Source: an uncultured Pelagibacteraceae bacterium
Lineage (GTDB): Bacteria > Pseudomonadota > Alphaproteobacteria > Pelagibacterales > Pelagibacteraceae
DNA: 64,000 bases
Assembly: GCA_902590115.1 (NCBI GenBank)
Contig: CACIVM010000002.1
Span: 29,092 to 93,091 of the forward strand
Direction of reading: 5' to 3'
Under the pieces are notes generated by a model. It searched no databases and was not told where the DNA came from. It was given only the letters and a program-made list of their open reading frames with translations. The position numbers and the translations under genes are program-made. This document shows, one piece after another, positions 40,477 to 50,617 of the stretch; positions within the stretch are counted from its first letter, which is position 1, and each line of letters opens with the position of its first letter.

Positions 40477-41926
40477 AATTTTCTTCAACAAGTTGGTTTA
40501 ACAATCTCACACCAAACCCAGTTGCTCCACTTGAATTAAGAGCACCACCGTATTTTGAAAAAGCCATACCTGCAATATCAAGGTGAGCCCACGGTGTATT
40601 TTTTATAATAAATCTTTGTAAAAATTGAGCAGCTGTAGTAGATCCAGCACCACCAACATAATTTATATTTTGTACATCAGCATTTTTTGAATTCATTAAT
40701 TTATCATAATTTTTGTGCAGTGGCATTCTCCACACTTTTTCCTCAACTTTTTCACCTGCATCAAAAATTTTTTTAGATAAATTATCATCATTTGAAAATA
40801 GTCCAGCATACTCTGAGCCTAAACATACTATAATTGCCCCCGTTAAAGTTGCTAAATCAATTATAAACTTTGGTTTAAACTTTTCTTCAGTAAACGTAAG
40901 AGCATCGGCTAAAACTAATCTTCCCTCTGCATCTGTATTCAATATTTCAATAGTTTTACCACTGTAAGATTTAACAATATCACCTGGCCTTTGGGCGTTA
41001 CCGCTAACCATATTTTCTACTAATCCGACTACACCCACAGCATTTATTTTTGCTTTTCTTAATGCTAAATTTTTCATAAGACCTACCACTGCCGCTGATC
41101 CTGCCATATCATAAGTCATATCCTCCATAAATTTTGCTGGCTTCAAGGAATAGCCTCCTGTATCGAAGCAAACACCCTTCCCTACAAAAGCAAGAGGTTT
41201 AGAATTATTTTTTGCACCATTCCATTCCATAGTCACAAGATAAGATCCCCTAATACTTCCTTGCCCTACTCCTAGCAAAGCGTTCATACCCATTTTTTTT
41301 AATTTTTTTTCGTCATATATATTTACTTTTAATCCATCTTTTCTTAATGAACCTATTCTTCTTGCATATTCATCTGGATGTAAAATATTACCTGGCTCTG
41401 AAACCAGATCTCTAGCATAAAAAGTTCCCTCCTCAATAGCTTTAAATTTTAATTGAGTTTGACTTGATGGTTTATTTTTATTTCCTATTACATTAATTGA
41501 AATAAGTCTTGTATCTTTTTTTGTTTTGTATTTTTTAAATTCATAAGATTTTAATTTAAGACCGTGAAGAAAGTGACCAAGAAAATTGTTTTGCTTACTA
41601 GAAATGCTTTCTGAAATGATAAAATAATCACTATTTTTTCCATGATTAATACGTCCATAAAATTCAGCTCCTAAATTTTCTACGTCTGAAGTTTTTAAAT
41701 TACTTTTTATTGAAATTAATATAATTTTTTTTTTTGAACTCACTTCAAAAACAAATAAATTTTTCTTTAAATCACTTGTCTTTAATAAATCGTTGATATA
41801 TGAATACTCTGTATCGGAAAGATTTTCTTTGACGCTAGAAATATTAAATTTTTCATTAGCAAACAAAACAAGGTTCGAAGACGATAAACTTCCTGTTTTG
41901 TTTAAATAGTTAATTTTTATAGACAT
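40469..41926 (-). CDS. pepA: Leucyl aminopeptidase (M17)
   Basis: VGKGVCFDTGG, DMAG, NTDAEGRL, DLATLTG, HLDIAG. Likely start is ATG 41926 (MSIKIN). Confidence 0.97.
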   Translation of the reverse strand: MSIKINYLNKTGSLSSSNLVLFANEKFNISSVKENLSDTEYSYINDLLKTSDLKKNLFVFEVSSKKKIILISIKSNLKTSDVENLGAEFYGRINHGKNSDYFIISESISSKQNNFLGHFLHGLKLKSYEFKKYKTKKDTRLISINVIGNKNKPSSQTQLKFKAIEEGTFYARDLVSEPGNILHPDEYARRIGSLRKDGLKVNIYDEKKLKKMGMNALLGVGQGSIRGSYLVTMEWNGAKNNSKPLAFVGKGVCFDTGGYSLKPAKFMEDMTYDMAGSAAVVGLMKNLALRKAKINAVGVVGLVENMVSGNAQRPGDIVKSYSGKTIEILNTDAEGRLVLADALTFTEEKFKPKFIIDLATLTGAIIVCLGSEYAGLFSNDDNLSKKIFDAGEKVEEKVWRMPLHKNYDKLMNSKNADVQNINYVGGAGSTTAAQFLQRFIIKNTPWAHLDIAGMAFSKYGGALNSSGATGFGVRLLNQLVEENYE

Positions 41927-42056
41927 AATCTTAATAAGGTTAAATAAAATTGAATTATATAAGTCCAAATTTATTAGATTTCAATGGAAAATTAATAATA
42001 ATTAAACCAATAATTGAATTTTTGTTATAGTTGATTTAATTATATATCAATTTTCT

Positions 42057-43193
42057 ATGATTAAAAATAAAATTTACAAATATTTTACTGCTGAAATTCT
42101 TAAAAACTTCCTAATAATACTTTTTGCTTTATCAGCTGTAGCTTGGACGGTTAGAGCTGTTAATTTTTTAGATTTGATAGTTAATGATGGCCATTCGTTA
42201 AAAACTTATTTATTCTATTCGCTTCTAAACATAACTAATATTTTTACCAAATTCATACCCATATCTTTTTTAATTGCGCTTGTTGTATCTATTATAAGAT
42301 TTGATAGACAGCGAGAGTTATTAGTTTTATGGAGTAGTGGATTAGAAAAATTTAAAATACTTAATCTTTTTTTGTATATATCTTTTGGAATATTGTTATT
42401 ACAACTTATATTTTCAATTTTTATAACACCATCTACTCTATATAAATCTAGAGACTTAATTAGAACATCTAATTTTGACTCTTTAGCATCAATCATCAAA
42501 ATAAATGACTTTACGGATAGTTTCAAAAAAATGACATTTTATATAGAAAAAAAAGATAAAGATATTTTAGAAAATGTTTTTATAAGAGACAAAGCTAATA
42601 ATTTTAAAAATTTATCTGGCAAATCCGATGAAAGTAACGATACAATAATTATAGCTAAGAGAGGTTTTATTAAAAATAAAAAGATTTATTTAAACCAAGG
42701 TGTTATACAAACTATTAATGAAGAAGGTCAAGTTGAGAGTCTTTATTTCTCAAAGACTGAATTAAATATTGAGAATTTAACTCCAAGAATAATTACAGCT
42801 CCTAAGCTTCAAGAAACATCAACTTTAAGTTTACTTAGTTGTATATTTAGAAATACTAATCTCATATCGCAAACTTGTTCTTTTGCCGATAATACAAAAG
42901 AAAATGTAACAGAGACATTAGCAAGAAGATTGGTTTTACCATTATATATTCCCTCTGTTTGCTTAGTTGCATGTTTTTTGCTCTCAGCAAGAAAAAAAAA
43001 TATTAGTGGTAGTTTTCTTAAAAATAATTTAATTTTTTTAATAGCTTTTTTAATTTTGGTTGCTGCAGAGATATTAGTAAGGTTTTCGGGGTTGTCTAAT
43101 ATTAATTTTATAGTTTATTCTTTAATTCCAATAATATTTGCGCCTTTTCTATACTTATTGCTTAAATATAAATTTTTGAATCTCAGGAATTAA
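42057..43193 (+). CDS. lptF: LPS export permease LptF
   Basis: YjgP/YjgQ topology (3 TM + periplasmic beta domain + 3 TM), EL....SSG; divergent from pepA. Confidence 0.85.
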   Translation: MIKNKIYKYFTAEILKNFLIILFALSAVAWTVRAVNFLDLIVNDGHSLKTYLFYSLLNITNIFTKFIPISFLIALVVSIIRFDRQRELLVLWSSGLEKFKILNLFLYISFGILLLQLIFSIFITPSTLYKSRDLIRTSNFDSLASIIKINDFTDSFKKMTFYIEKKDKDILENVFIRDKANNFKNLSGKSDESNDTIIIAKRGFIKNKKIYLNQGVIQTINEEGQVESLYFSKTELNIENLTPRIITAPKLQETSTLSLLSCIFRNTNLISQTCSFADNTKENVTETLARRLVLPLYIPSVCLVACFLLSARKKNISGSFLKNNLIFLIAFLILVAAEILVRFSGLSNINFIVYSLIPIIFAPFLYLLLKYKFLNLRN

Positions 43194-44279
43194 ATGAACA
43201 AAATATTTTATAATTATATTATTAAAGAATATTTTAAAATATTTTTAAATTTTCTCTTAGTCTTTGTTTGCTTGACAATCCTGTTGTCTATCTTTGATGA
43301 AATTGAATTTTTTAAATTTTTAAATGTAAGTTTATTATTACCGATCAGTCTAACTTTTTTATCAATACCAAACTTAATTCTTGAACTACTTCCTTTTGTG
43401 GTTTTTTTGTCTTCTATGTGGTACTTTGTTAGCATCAAATCAAATAAAGATCTTTTATCTTTAAAAGTGTTTGGTTTTTCAAATCTTAAAATTATAAGTA
43501 TTTTAACTATTACTATGTTTGTGTTTGGTGTGCTAGTATTAATTCTAATTAATCCGATTACATCCTTAATGGTTAAACAATATGAATATACTAAGGCTAA
43601 ATATTCTCGAGATATAGATCACTTAGTAACTATTAATAAGAATGGGGTATGGATTAAAGAAACAATTGGGTTCAATTCAAGGATTATTGAAGCAGAAAAA
43701 CTCGATGAGAATATTTTAGTAAACGTAAATGTTTATAACATTGATAATAATGGTAATATTCTGGAGCGAATAGAGAGCAAATCAGTTGATATAAGTACAA
43801 AAGAGTGGGTTTTTAAAAAAGCGGTAATTTTTAGAAAATCTGAAGATTACAAGAAAAAAACATTGGTAGATTTCTTGATAGAGTCTAATTTTGATGCTGA
43901 AAAAATTTTATCTTTATATAAAAACTTAGATACTGTGTCTTTTATAAGTATATTAACAGAATATGATACACTTATAAATCAAGGTTATAAAAAAGAATCT
44001 TTAGATGAGAAACTAAATGTATTTTTTTCATTACCTGTATTTTTAGCCTTGATGATAATCTTATCATCAATTTTTACCATAGGCTCTTTAAATAGATCTC
44101 AAAATCTCTACTATATAATAATTGCAATAATTACCTGTATAGTAATTTTTTATTTTAAAGACTTATCGATTGCTCTAGGAAAAACAAACAGAATATCGCA
44201 AGTTTTAGCAGTGTGGATACCTGTTATTTCAATTAGCTTATTTTGTTCAATAGGAATTATTCAAGTTAATGAAAAATAA
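43194..44279 (+). CDS. lptG: LPS export permease LptG
   Basis: Second YjgP/YjgQ paralog (LLPF, G.W.KE, LAVWIP), adjacent to lptF. Confidence 0.85.
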   Translation: MNKIFYNYIIKEYFKIFLNFLLVFVCLTILLSIFDEIEFFKFLNVSLLLPISLTFLSIPNLILELLPFVVFLSSMWYFVSIKSNKDLLSLKVFGFSNLKIISILTITMFVFGVLVLILINPITSLMVKQYEYTKAKYSRDIDHLVTINKNGVWIKETIGFNSRIIEAEKLDENILVNVNVYNIDNNGNILERIESKSVDISTKEWVFKKAVIFRKSEDYKKKTLVDFLIESNFDAEKILSLYKNLDTVSFISILTEYDTLINQGYKKESLDEKLNVFFSLPVFLALMIILSSIFTIGSLNRSQNLYYIIIAIITCIVIFYFKDLSIALGKTNRISQVLAVWIPVISISLFCSIGIIQVNEK

Positions 44280-46605
44280 ATTATACACTCTTTTTTTCTT
44301 TTTCATTTTTGGTTTTTGCTCAAATGTTCTAAGCGAAGAATTGAAAATTGATGCACAGGAAATTAATCTTGATGAAAAAAATAAAGTAATAATTTTTAGT
44401 GGAGACGTCAAAGTTGAAGATACAAAAAAAAATTACTTGCAATCCGAAAAAATTTCATACAAAAAAAAAGATAAACTAGTTTATTCCCCTGGAAAAACAA
44501 AGATTTCGACTTCTGAGGGATTTAAGGTTTTAGGATCAAATATTACTTTTGATGATTTGAATAAAAAGATTTTTTCTGACTCTCCAGCAAAAATAATTGA
44601 TAATGAAAATAATGAAATTTCGGTAAATATGTTCAACTACCAAAAAGATAAAAATCTTTTCTTTTCCAAAGGTAAAATTGAAATAAATGATAATAGAGGC
44701 AACAGATATTCACTTACAGAATTATATATTGATGAAAAAAAAAAGAAATTAGCTGGTTCTGATATCAAGGTATTTTTAAATCAAGACGACTTTAAGATAG
44801 ATCCCAAAAATGAACCTAGACTATTTGCCAATACCGCAATTATAGATTCTAATAGAAGTTTTTATGATAAGGGTAATTTTACTTATTGTAAAAATAGAGG
44901 TGAGGATAAATGTCCACCATGGAGCATACAAGCAAAAAAGATTGAACATAGCGCTGCAAAAAAAACTATTTATTATGATAATGCTGTAGTAAAAATTTAT
45001 GACTTCCCAATATTTTATTTTCCAAGATTATCGCATCCTGATCCAACAGTTGACAGAAGGAGCGGTTTCCTTATCCCTTCTGGTTATGATAATTCTAATT
45101 TAGGTTTTGGGATTAATATTCCATATTATTTTAATTTGGGTAATAATAAGGATTTTACTTTTACACCAAGATTTTATGCTAACGAAAATCCATTATTAAA
45201 TTCTGAGTATAGACATAACTTTAAAAACTCAGATCTTAGATTATATTTTGGTTTTTCAGAAGGCTATAAAAATAAAAGTAATAAAAAGCTCGCAGGTTCG
45301 AAAAAATATTTATTTTCTAAATTATCAAAAGAATTAATTAGTACTGATGATATTAAGAGCAAACTTGAAGTTAATGTTCAACAAACAAACAGTGATAGTT
45401 TCATAAAAGCTTTTGGTGTTGATACTCCTCTTGTAAATAAAGATGATAATATTTTAGAAAATTCTGTAAAATTCGATTTTAGTAATAAAAATACTTTTGT
45501 GGGATTTAATATGTCGGCTTTTGAAAATCAATCTTTAAAAAATAACAAGAAATTTGAATATTTGTTACCATATGTAACGTTTGATAAAAATTTAGAGGTA
45601 GCAGAGAAATACGGCTTACTCGATTTTTCCTCTAACTTAAGAATAAGAAACTATGAAGTTAATAAACAATCAAACTTATTAGTAAACGATTTAAATTGGC
45701 AGTCTAAAAGATTAGAAAACGAGATAGGTTTAGACAGTAAATTTTTAGCAAGTTTTAAAAATATAAATTACAAAACTAATAATGTAGAGAATTTTAAAGA
45801 GGACGCCACATCTGAATTGTCTTCTGCTTTCGGATATTTTGCGAAAATGAATTTTTTTAAGATTAATGATAAGTCAAAAAACTCTCAATATTTAACACCA
45901 AAAATACTTTTCAAATATTCGCCACATAAAATGAGAGAAATAGACGACGGTAGATTAAGATATTCAAATTTATATAATTTAAAAAAGTTGAACGAATTTG
46001 AAGAAATAGAAAGTGGAACTAATATCTCTATTGGATTTGATTACAGCTTTAAAAAATTTAATGAAAATATAAAAGATGCTAAAGATAAATTTAAGATTTC
46101 ACTAGGTCAGGTAATTAATGAAAGTGAAGACCCATCTAAACCCGCAAGATCCTCTTTAGATCAAAGATTTTCAGATGTAGTTGGTGAGTCCTCTTTTATG
46201 ATTAAAGATAATTTTAAAATTAACTATGAATTTGCTATAGATCAAAACTATAGTGAATTTAATTATAATGAAATAGGTGTAAATTTAGAATATGGCATTG
46301 CAGACTTTAATTTAGATTATTTAGAGGAGAGAAATCATATTGGAAACAACAATTACGTGAAATCAAATATAAAACTTAAATTTAATAATAATAATGAAAT
46401 GATATTTTCATCAAAAAGAAATTTAGAGACGAGCTCTTCAGAGTTTTATAGTTTAAGTTATGATTATATAAATGACTGTCTCAAAGCCGGTTTAGTATAC
46501 AGACGTGAGTTTTATAATGATAGCGACTTAGAACCAACCGATTCTCTTATATTTAAAATTTCATTGATACCTTTCTCAGATTTAAAAAGTCCTGGAATAA
46601 ATTAA
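44269..46605 (+). CDS. lptD: LPS-assembly outer membrane protein LptD
   Basis: Signal peptide, FTYC......CPPW.I.A, HPDPTV.RRSGFL.P, C-terminal Y.NDC; beta-barrel composition. Confidence 0.93.
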   Translation: MKNKLYTLFFFFIFGFCSNVLSEELKIDAQEINLDEKNKVIIFSGDVKVEDTKKNYLQSEKISYKKKDKLVYSPGKTKISTSEGFKVLGSNITFDDLNKKIFSDSPAKIIDNENNEISVNMFNYQKDKNLFFSKGKIEINDNRGNRYSLTELYIDEKKKKLAGSDIKVFLNQDDFKIDPKNEPRLFANTAIIDSNRSFYDKGNFTYCKNRGEDKCPPWSIQAKKIEHSAAKKTIYYDNAVVKIYDFPIFYFPRLSHPDPTVDRRSGFLIPSGYDNSNLGFGINIPYYFNLGNNKDFTFTPRFYANENPLLNSEYRHNFKNSDLRLYFGFSEGYKNKSNKKLAGSKKYLFSKLSKELISTDDIKSKLEVNVQQTNSDSFIKAFGVDTPLVNKDDNILENSVKFDFSNKNTFVGFNMSAFENQSLKNNKKFEYLLPYVTFDKNLEVAEKYGLLDFSSNLRIRNYEVNKQSNLLVNDLNWQSKRLENEIGLDSKFLASFKNINYKTNNVENFKEDATSELSSAFGYFAKMNFFKINDKSKNSQYLTPKILFKYSPHKMREIDDGRLRYSNLYNLKKLNEFEEIESGTNISIGFDYSFKKFNENIKDAKDKFKISLGQVINESEDPSKPARSSLDQRFSDVVGESSFMIKDNFKINYEFAIDQNYSEFNYNEIGVNLEYGIADFNLDYLEERNHIGNNNYVKSNIKLKFNNNNEMIFSSKRNLETSSSEFYSLSYDYINDCLKAGLVYRREFYNDSDLEPTDSLIFKISLIPFSDLKSPGIN

Positions 46606-47262
46606 ATGAGTATTTTAAGAAAAAATATAATTATATTAATTAACTTTATTATGATTCTTATGACAAGCGCTTTAATAGCCAAAGAAAATTTTCTTAAAAT
46701 AATTGTAAAGATTGATAATCAAATAGTTACAAATTATGATCTTGAAAATGAGGTTAAAACCCAAATTTTTTTAAGAGGTCAAAAATTAAATCAGGATAAT
46801 GTAGATAATATAAAAAATTTATCAATGCAAAATTTGATTACAAGAGCAATAAAAAAAATTGAAATAAATAAGAAAAAAATAGAAACTTACAATAAGAAAG
46901 ATCTTCAAAGATATTTAGAAAATATTGCAAAAAATTTACAAATAAGACAAAGTGATATAAAAGAAATTATGAAAAATTATCAAATCGATTATAATAAATT
47001 TATTGAGTCTGCTGAAATAGATCTAATGTGGAATTCTTTGATATTTCAAATTTATAAAAACCAATTAACTTTAAACCCAATAGAAATTGAAAATGAAATT
47101 AATTTTACTATGGAAAATTTAAAGAATAATGAAAAAACTCAATTGAGTATTGAAAAGATTAAAAATAATATTATTTCTAAAAAAAAAAACGAGAAACTAC
47201 AATTATTCTCAAACTCCCACTTTAGCGATTTAAAAAATTCTACTTTAATCGAATTTAAATGA
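46606..47262 (+). CDS. surA: SurA-like periplasmic chaperone (core domain only)
   Basis: Signal peptide, IVKID..IVTNYDL..E (SurA N-domain), C-terminal ...L.N.TLIEFK helix; lies between lptD and pdxA. Confidence 0.7.
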   Translation: MSILRKNIIILINFIMILMTSALIAKENFLKIIVKIDNQIVTNYDLENEVKTQIFLRGQKLNQDNVDNIKNLSMQNLITRAIKKIEINKKKIETYNKKDLQRYLENIAKNLQIRQSDIKEIMKNYQIDYNKFIESAEIDLMWNSLIFQIYKNQLTLNPIEIENEINFTMENLKNNEKTQLSIEKIKNNIISKKKNEKLQLFSNSHFSDLKNSTLIEFK

Positions 47263-48233
47263 AGAAAATATTTCCTATAGTTGCAGGTGAGCCAAGAAGT
47301 ATCAATGCTGAAATAATTGCTAAATGTTGGAAAAAATTAAATTTCACTGAAAGAAAAAAAGTTTTTGTAATAGGTAATTTCAATTTGATTAAATCTCAAT
47401 TAGATTACCTAAAATTGAAAATACCTTTAAAAAAGATAAAGACTTTAAATCATTTTGACAACAAAGGTTTTTTAAATATTCTTGACGTTGAATTAAAATT
47501 TAATAAACCTTTTAAGATAAAAAAAAAGGAGGTTAAAAAATATGTTATAAAATGTTTAAATGAAGCTTTGAAAATTATTGAAAAATATAAGATTAGTTCA
47601 TTGGTTACTTGTCCATTTAATAAAAAAAATTTGTTTGAAAACAACAGAATTGGGTTGACTGAATTTCTATCAAAAATAGATAGAAAGAAAAAAGAAACAG
47701 TTATGATGATTTATAGTGAAAAATTTGCAGTAGTACCTTTGACAAACCATATAAACCAAAAGATAGTACATAAAAAAATAAATAAAAGTTTAATTATTAG
47801 GAAAATTCAAATAATATTAAGAAGTTATAAAAAAATTTTTGGCAAAAACCCTAAAATCGCTATTACTGGGCTTAACCCGCATAATGACGAGTTTAGATTA
47901 AAATCTGAAGAAAATAAAATAATTTTACCAGCTGTTAAATATCTTAATAAAAAAAAGATTAAAGTTCACGGTCCTGTTCCTGCTGACACAATTTTTCTTA
48001 AAGACAAAATTAAATCATTTAATTTAATTGTTGGAATGTATCATGATCAGGTTTTAGCGCCGTTTAAAGCTTTGAACGGATTTGATGCAATAAATATTAC
48101 CTTAGGTTTAGACTTTTTACGTGTAGCGCCTGATCATGGTACAGGAGAAGAAATTATAGGGAAAAAATTAGCAGACTCAAAAAGTTTATTAAAAACGATT
48201 AAATTTGTTTTTAAATATGGATATAAAGCCTAA
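47259..48233 (+). CDS. pdxA: 4-hydroxythreonine-4-phosphate dehydrogenase
   Basis: GEP.SI..EI, VT.P.NK, GLNPH, GP.PADT.F, MYHDQ, N.TLGL...R..PDHGT. Confidence 0.95.
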   Translation: MKKIFPIVAGEPRSINAEIIAKCWKKLNFTERKKVFVIGNFNLIKSQLDYLKLKIPLKKIKTLNHFDNKGFLNILDVELKFNKPFKIKKKEVKKYVIKCLNEALKIIEKYKISSLVTCPFNKKNLFENNRIGLTEFLSKIDRKKKETVMMIYSEKFAVVPLTNHINQKIVHKKINKSLIIRKIQIILRSYKKIFGKNPKIAITGLNPHNDEFRLKSEENKIILPAVKYLNKKKIKVHGPVPADTIFLKDKIKSFNLIVGMYHDQVLAPFKALNGFDAINITLGLDFLRVAPDHGTGEEIIGKKLADSKSLLKTIKFVFKYGYKA

Positions 48234-49014
48234 AAAATCACTTGGTCAAAATTTTTTAATAGATAAAAATATTTTAAGAAAGATTATCTCACTTGGTAAA
48301 ATCGAGCATTCAGACAATATTTTAGAAATAGGTTCTGGAACAGGAAATTTAACTAAATTTTTTTTAGAAAAAAAATTTAATAAATTAATTTTGATTGAAA
48401 AAGATAAAAGATTGATAAGAAATCTTAAATTAGATTTGACAAATATTAAAAACATACAATTCATTAACGACGATATTTTAAAATTAGACTTAGAGAAAAT
48501 TATTTCTGGTAACATGATTATTTTTGGAAACTTGCCTTACAATATTTCTTCTCAAATTTTAATTCAATTAATAAAATTTAAAAATTGGTTACCAAAATAT
48601 AAGAAATTAGTTCTCATGTTTCAAAAGGAAGTGGGAGAAAAAATAATCTCGAACTTTGGTAATAAAAATTACTCTAGACTAGGTATAATATCAAAATTTA
48701 GACTAAAAGTAAAAAAAAGGTTTTCAGTATCTAAAAATAGTTTTTACCCAAAACCAAAAGTAGACTCGATGGTAATTATATTTGAGCCTTGGGAAAATAA
48801 GATTAAAATTGACAATTTAAACAATCTTGAGAAAATAACACATGAATTTTTTTCAAAAAAAAGAAAAAAAATTAAAAAAACTTTTCAGAAGATATTTAAG
48901 GATTGGGAAAAAGCTGCTAAAGATCTAAAAATCGATATCAATTTAAGACCACAAAATTTAAGTGAAAATCAATACTATGAAATTACTTCTTATTATGAAA
49001 AAATTAAATTTTAA
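48217..49014 (+). CDS. rsmA: 16S rRNA dimethyladenosine transferase
   Basis: KKSLGQNFL, LEIG.G.G.LT, IEKD, GNLPYNIS, MFQKEV, F.PKPKVDS. Likely start is ATG 48217. Confidence 0.97.
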   Translation: MDIKPKKSLGQNFLIDKNILRKIISLGKIEHSDNILEIGSGTGNLTKFFLEKKFNKLILIEKDKRLIRNLKLDLTNIKNIQFINDDILKLDLEKIISGNMIIFGNLPYNISSQILIQLIKFKNWLPKYKKLVLMFQKEVGEKIISNFGNKNYSRLGIISKFRLKVKKRFSVSKNSFYPKPKVDSMVIIFEPWENKIKIDNLNNLEKITHEFFSKKRKKIKKTFQKIFKDWEKAAKDLKIDINLRPQNLSENQYYEITSYYEKIKF

Positions 49015-49567
49015 CTTTTTCTTTAGTATTGATTATTATTTTTTCTATTTGACTGACACAATTTTCTAAATTATCGTTTATAATTACATAATCATAGTCT
49101 TTCCATTTGAGAATATCTTTATTATATTCAATTAATCTTTTTTTTATTGTTTCTTCATTATCCTGATTTCGACTTTTGAGTCTTATTTGAAGCTCTTCTT
49201 TGTTTGGAGGTAATATAAATATTTTAGTCAATTTAAGTTCTTTAAACTTGGATAGTTGCTTATTACCTTGCCAATCAATATCAAATAATATGTCATATTT
49301 CTTCTTTAATATATTATCTACAGAAGCTTTTGATGTTCCATAATAATTACCAAATATTTTTGCATGTTCATAAAATTTTTTATCATCAATCATACTTTCA
49401 AAATTATCTTGATTTATAAAATGATAATCAATCCCATCAACTTCATTTGGTCTTGGTTTCCTTGTTGTATGAGATACTGAGATTTTAAAATTTGGGTGTT
49501 TTTGTTGTATCTTTTTTGAAATTGTAGTTTTTCCTGCACCTGATGGAGAAGATAGAACAAGCATCAT
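49004..49567 (-). CDS. gmk: Guanylate kinase
   Basis: SSPSGAGKTT, SVSHTTRKPR..E.DG.DY.F, NYYGT, DIDWQG, FILPP. Confidence 0.98.
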   Translation of the reverse strand: MMLVLSSPSGAGKTTISKKIQQKHPNFKISVSHTTRKPRPNEVDGIDYHFINQDNFESMIDDKKFYEHAKIFGNYYGTSKASVDNILKKKYDILFDIDWQGNKQLSKFKELKLTKIFILPPNKEELQIRLKSRNQDNEETIKKRLIEYNKDILKWKDYDYVIINDNLENCVSQIEKIIINTKEKVKI

Positions 49568-49584
49568 AGGCTTTCAATCTTTGA

Positions 49585-49827
49585 TTATTGACTTGATTTG
49601 TTTTCTATAAATTTAATAGCATCTCCGACAGTCAATATCTTTTCAGCTTCGCTATCAGAAATTTCTGACCCGAATTCTTCCTCAAAAGCCATCACTAACT
49701 CAACTGTGTCTAAGCTATCTGCGCCTAAATCATCAATAAAACTAGCTTCGTCAGTTACTTTTTCCAAATCAACACCAAGATGATCAGCTACAATTTTTTT
49801 TACCTTTGATCCTATTTCTTTTGACAT
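49585..49827 (-). CDS. acpP: Acyl carrier protein
   Basis: [20 protein letters not shown]. Confidence 0.99.
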   Translation of the reverse strand: MSKEIGSKVKKIVADHLGVDLEKVTDEASFIDDLGADSLDTVELVMAFEEEFGSEISDSEAEKILTVGDAIKFIENKSSQ

Positions 49828-49882
49828 TTGAATCCCTTTTTTGATTTTTAGTATTTCCTTATTAGATTATTAATAAAAATTG

Positions 49883-50617
49883 TCAAGCCATATACATACC
49901 GCCATTAACATGTATTGTCTGGCCTGTAATATAGTTAGAAGCATCTGAGGCTAAAAAAACTACTGAATTGGCGACATCCTCTCCTGTACCCAATCTACCC
50001 GAGGGAATCTTTTCGACTAATTTACTTTTGAATTCGTCGTTAATGTTATCGGTCATTTTAGTTTTTATGAAACCAGGAGCAACACAGTTTATATTTATAT
50101 TTTTTCGAGCATATTCTATTGCTAAAGATTTTGTAAATCCATCAATGCCTGCTTTAGATGCAGAGTAGTTTGATTGACCAACGTTACCTGTGTGACCAAC
50201 AATAGAAGTAATATTAATTATCTTTCCATTTTTTTGCTTTAACATTTTTTGAATAACGTATTTACACATTAAAAATGTTGAAGATAAGTTTATATCAATA
50301 ATTTTTTTCCAATCTTCCTCTGACATTCTCAATAAGAGTTTATCAATATTCGTTCCTGCGTTATTTACCAATATATCAATACCACCTAGATTTTTATTGC
50401 TGTCGTCAATAAAATTTTTGATTTTGCTATGATCCATCAAATTGAATTTTTTAACAATTACATCAGAACTCATTTTTTTAAGATCTGACAACTTATCATC
50501 ATTAGTACCAGTCGCAACAATTTTACAACCAAGGGATAAAAATTTTATCAATAAACTTTTACCTATATCTCCAGTCGCACCAGTAATAATGACTTTTTTA
50601 TTTTTTAAATTTATCAT
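49883..50617 (-). CDS. fabG: 3-oxoacyl-ACP reductase
   Basis: TGATGDIG, NNAG, YSASK, VAPGFI.T.MT, VNGGM; between fabD and acpP. Confidence 0.97.
   Translation of the reverse strand: MINLKNKKVIITGATGDIGKSLLIKFLSLGCKIVATGTNDDKLSDLKKMSSDVIVKKFNLMDHSKIKNFIDDSNKNLGGIDILVNNAGTNIDKLLLRMSEEDWKKIIDINLSSTFLMCKYVIQKMLKQKNGKIINITSIVGHTGNVGQSNYSASKAGIDGFTKSLAIEYARKNININCVAPGFIKTKMTDNINDEFKSKLVEKIPSGRLGTGEDVANSVVFLASDASNYITGQTIHVNGGMYMA

Noticed and set aside
41927-42056. Small RNA or CtrA sites in the 130-bp pepA/lptF spacer
   Set aside because: No stable stem is visible, and the TTAA pairs I checked are spaced N5 or N6 rather than N7; not distinguishable from AT-rich background.
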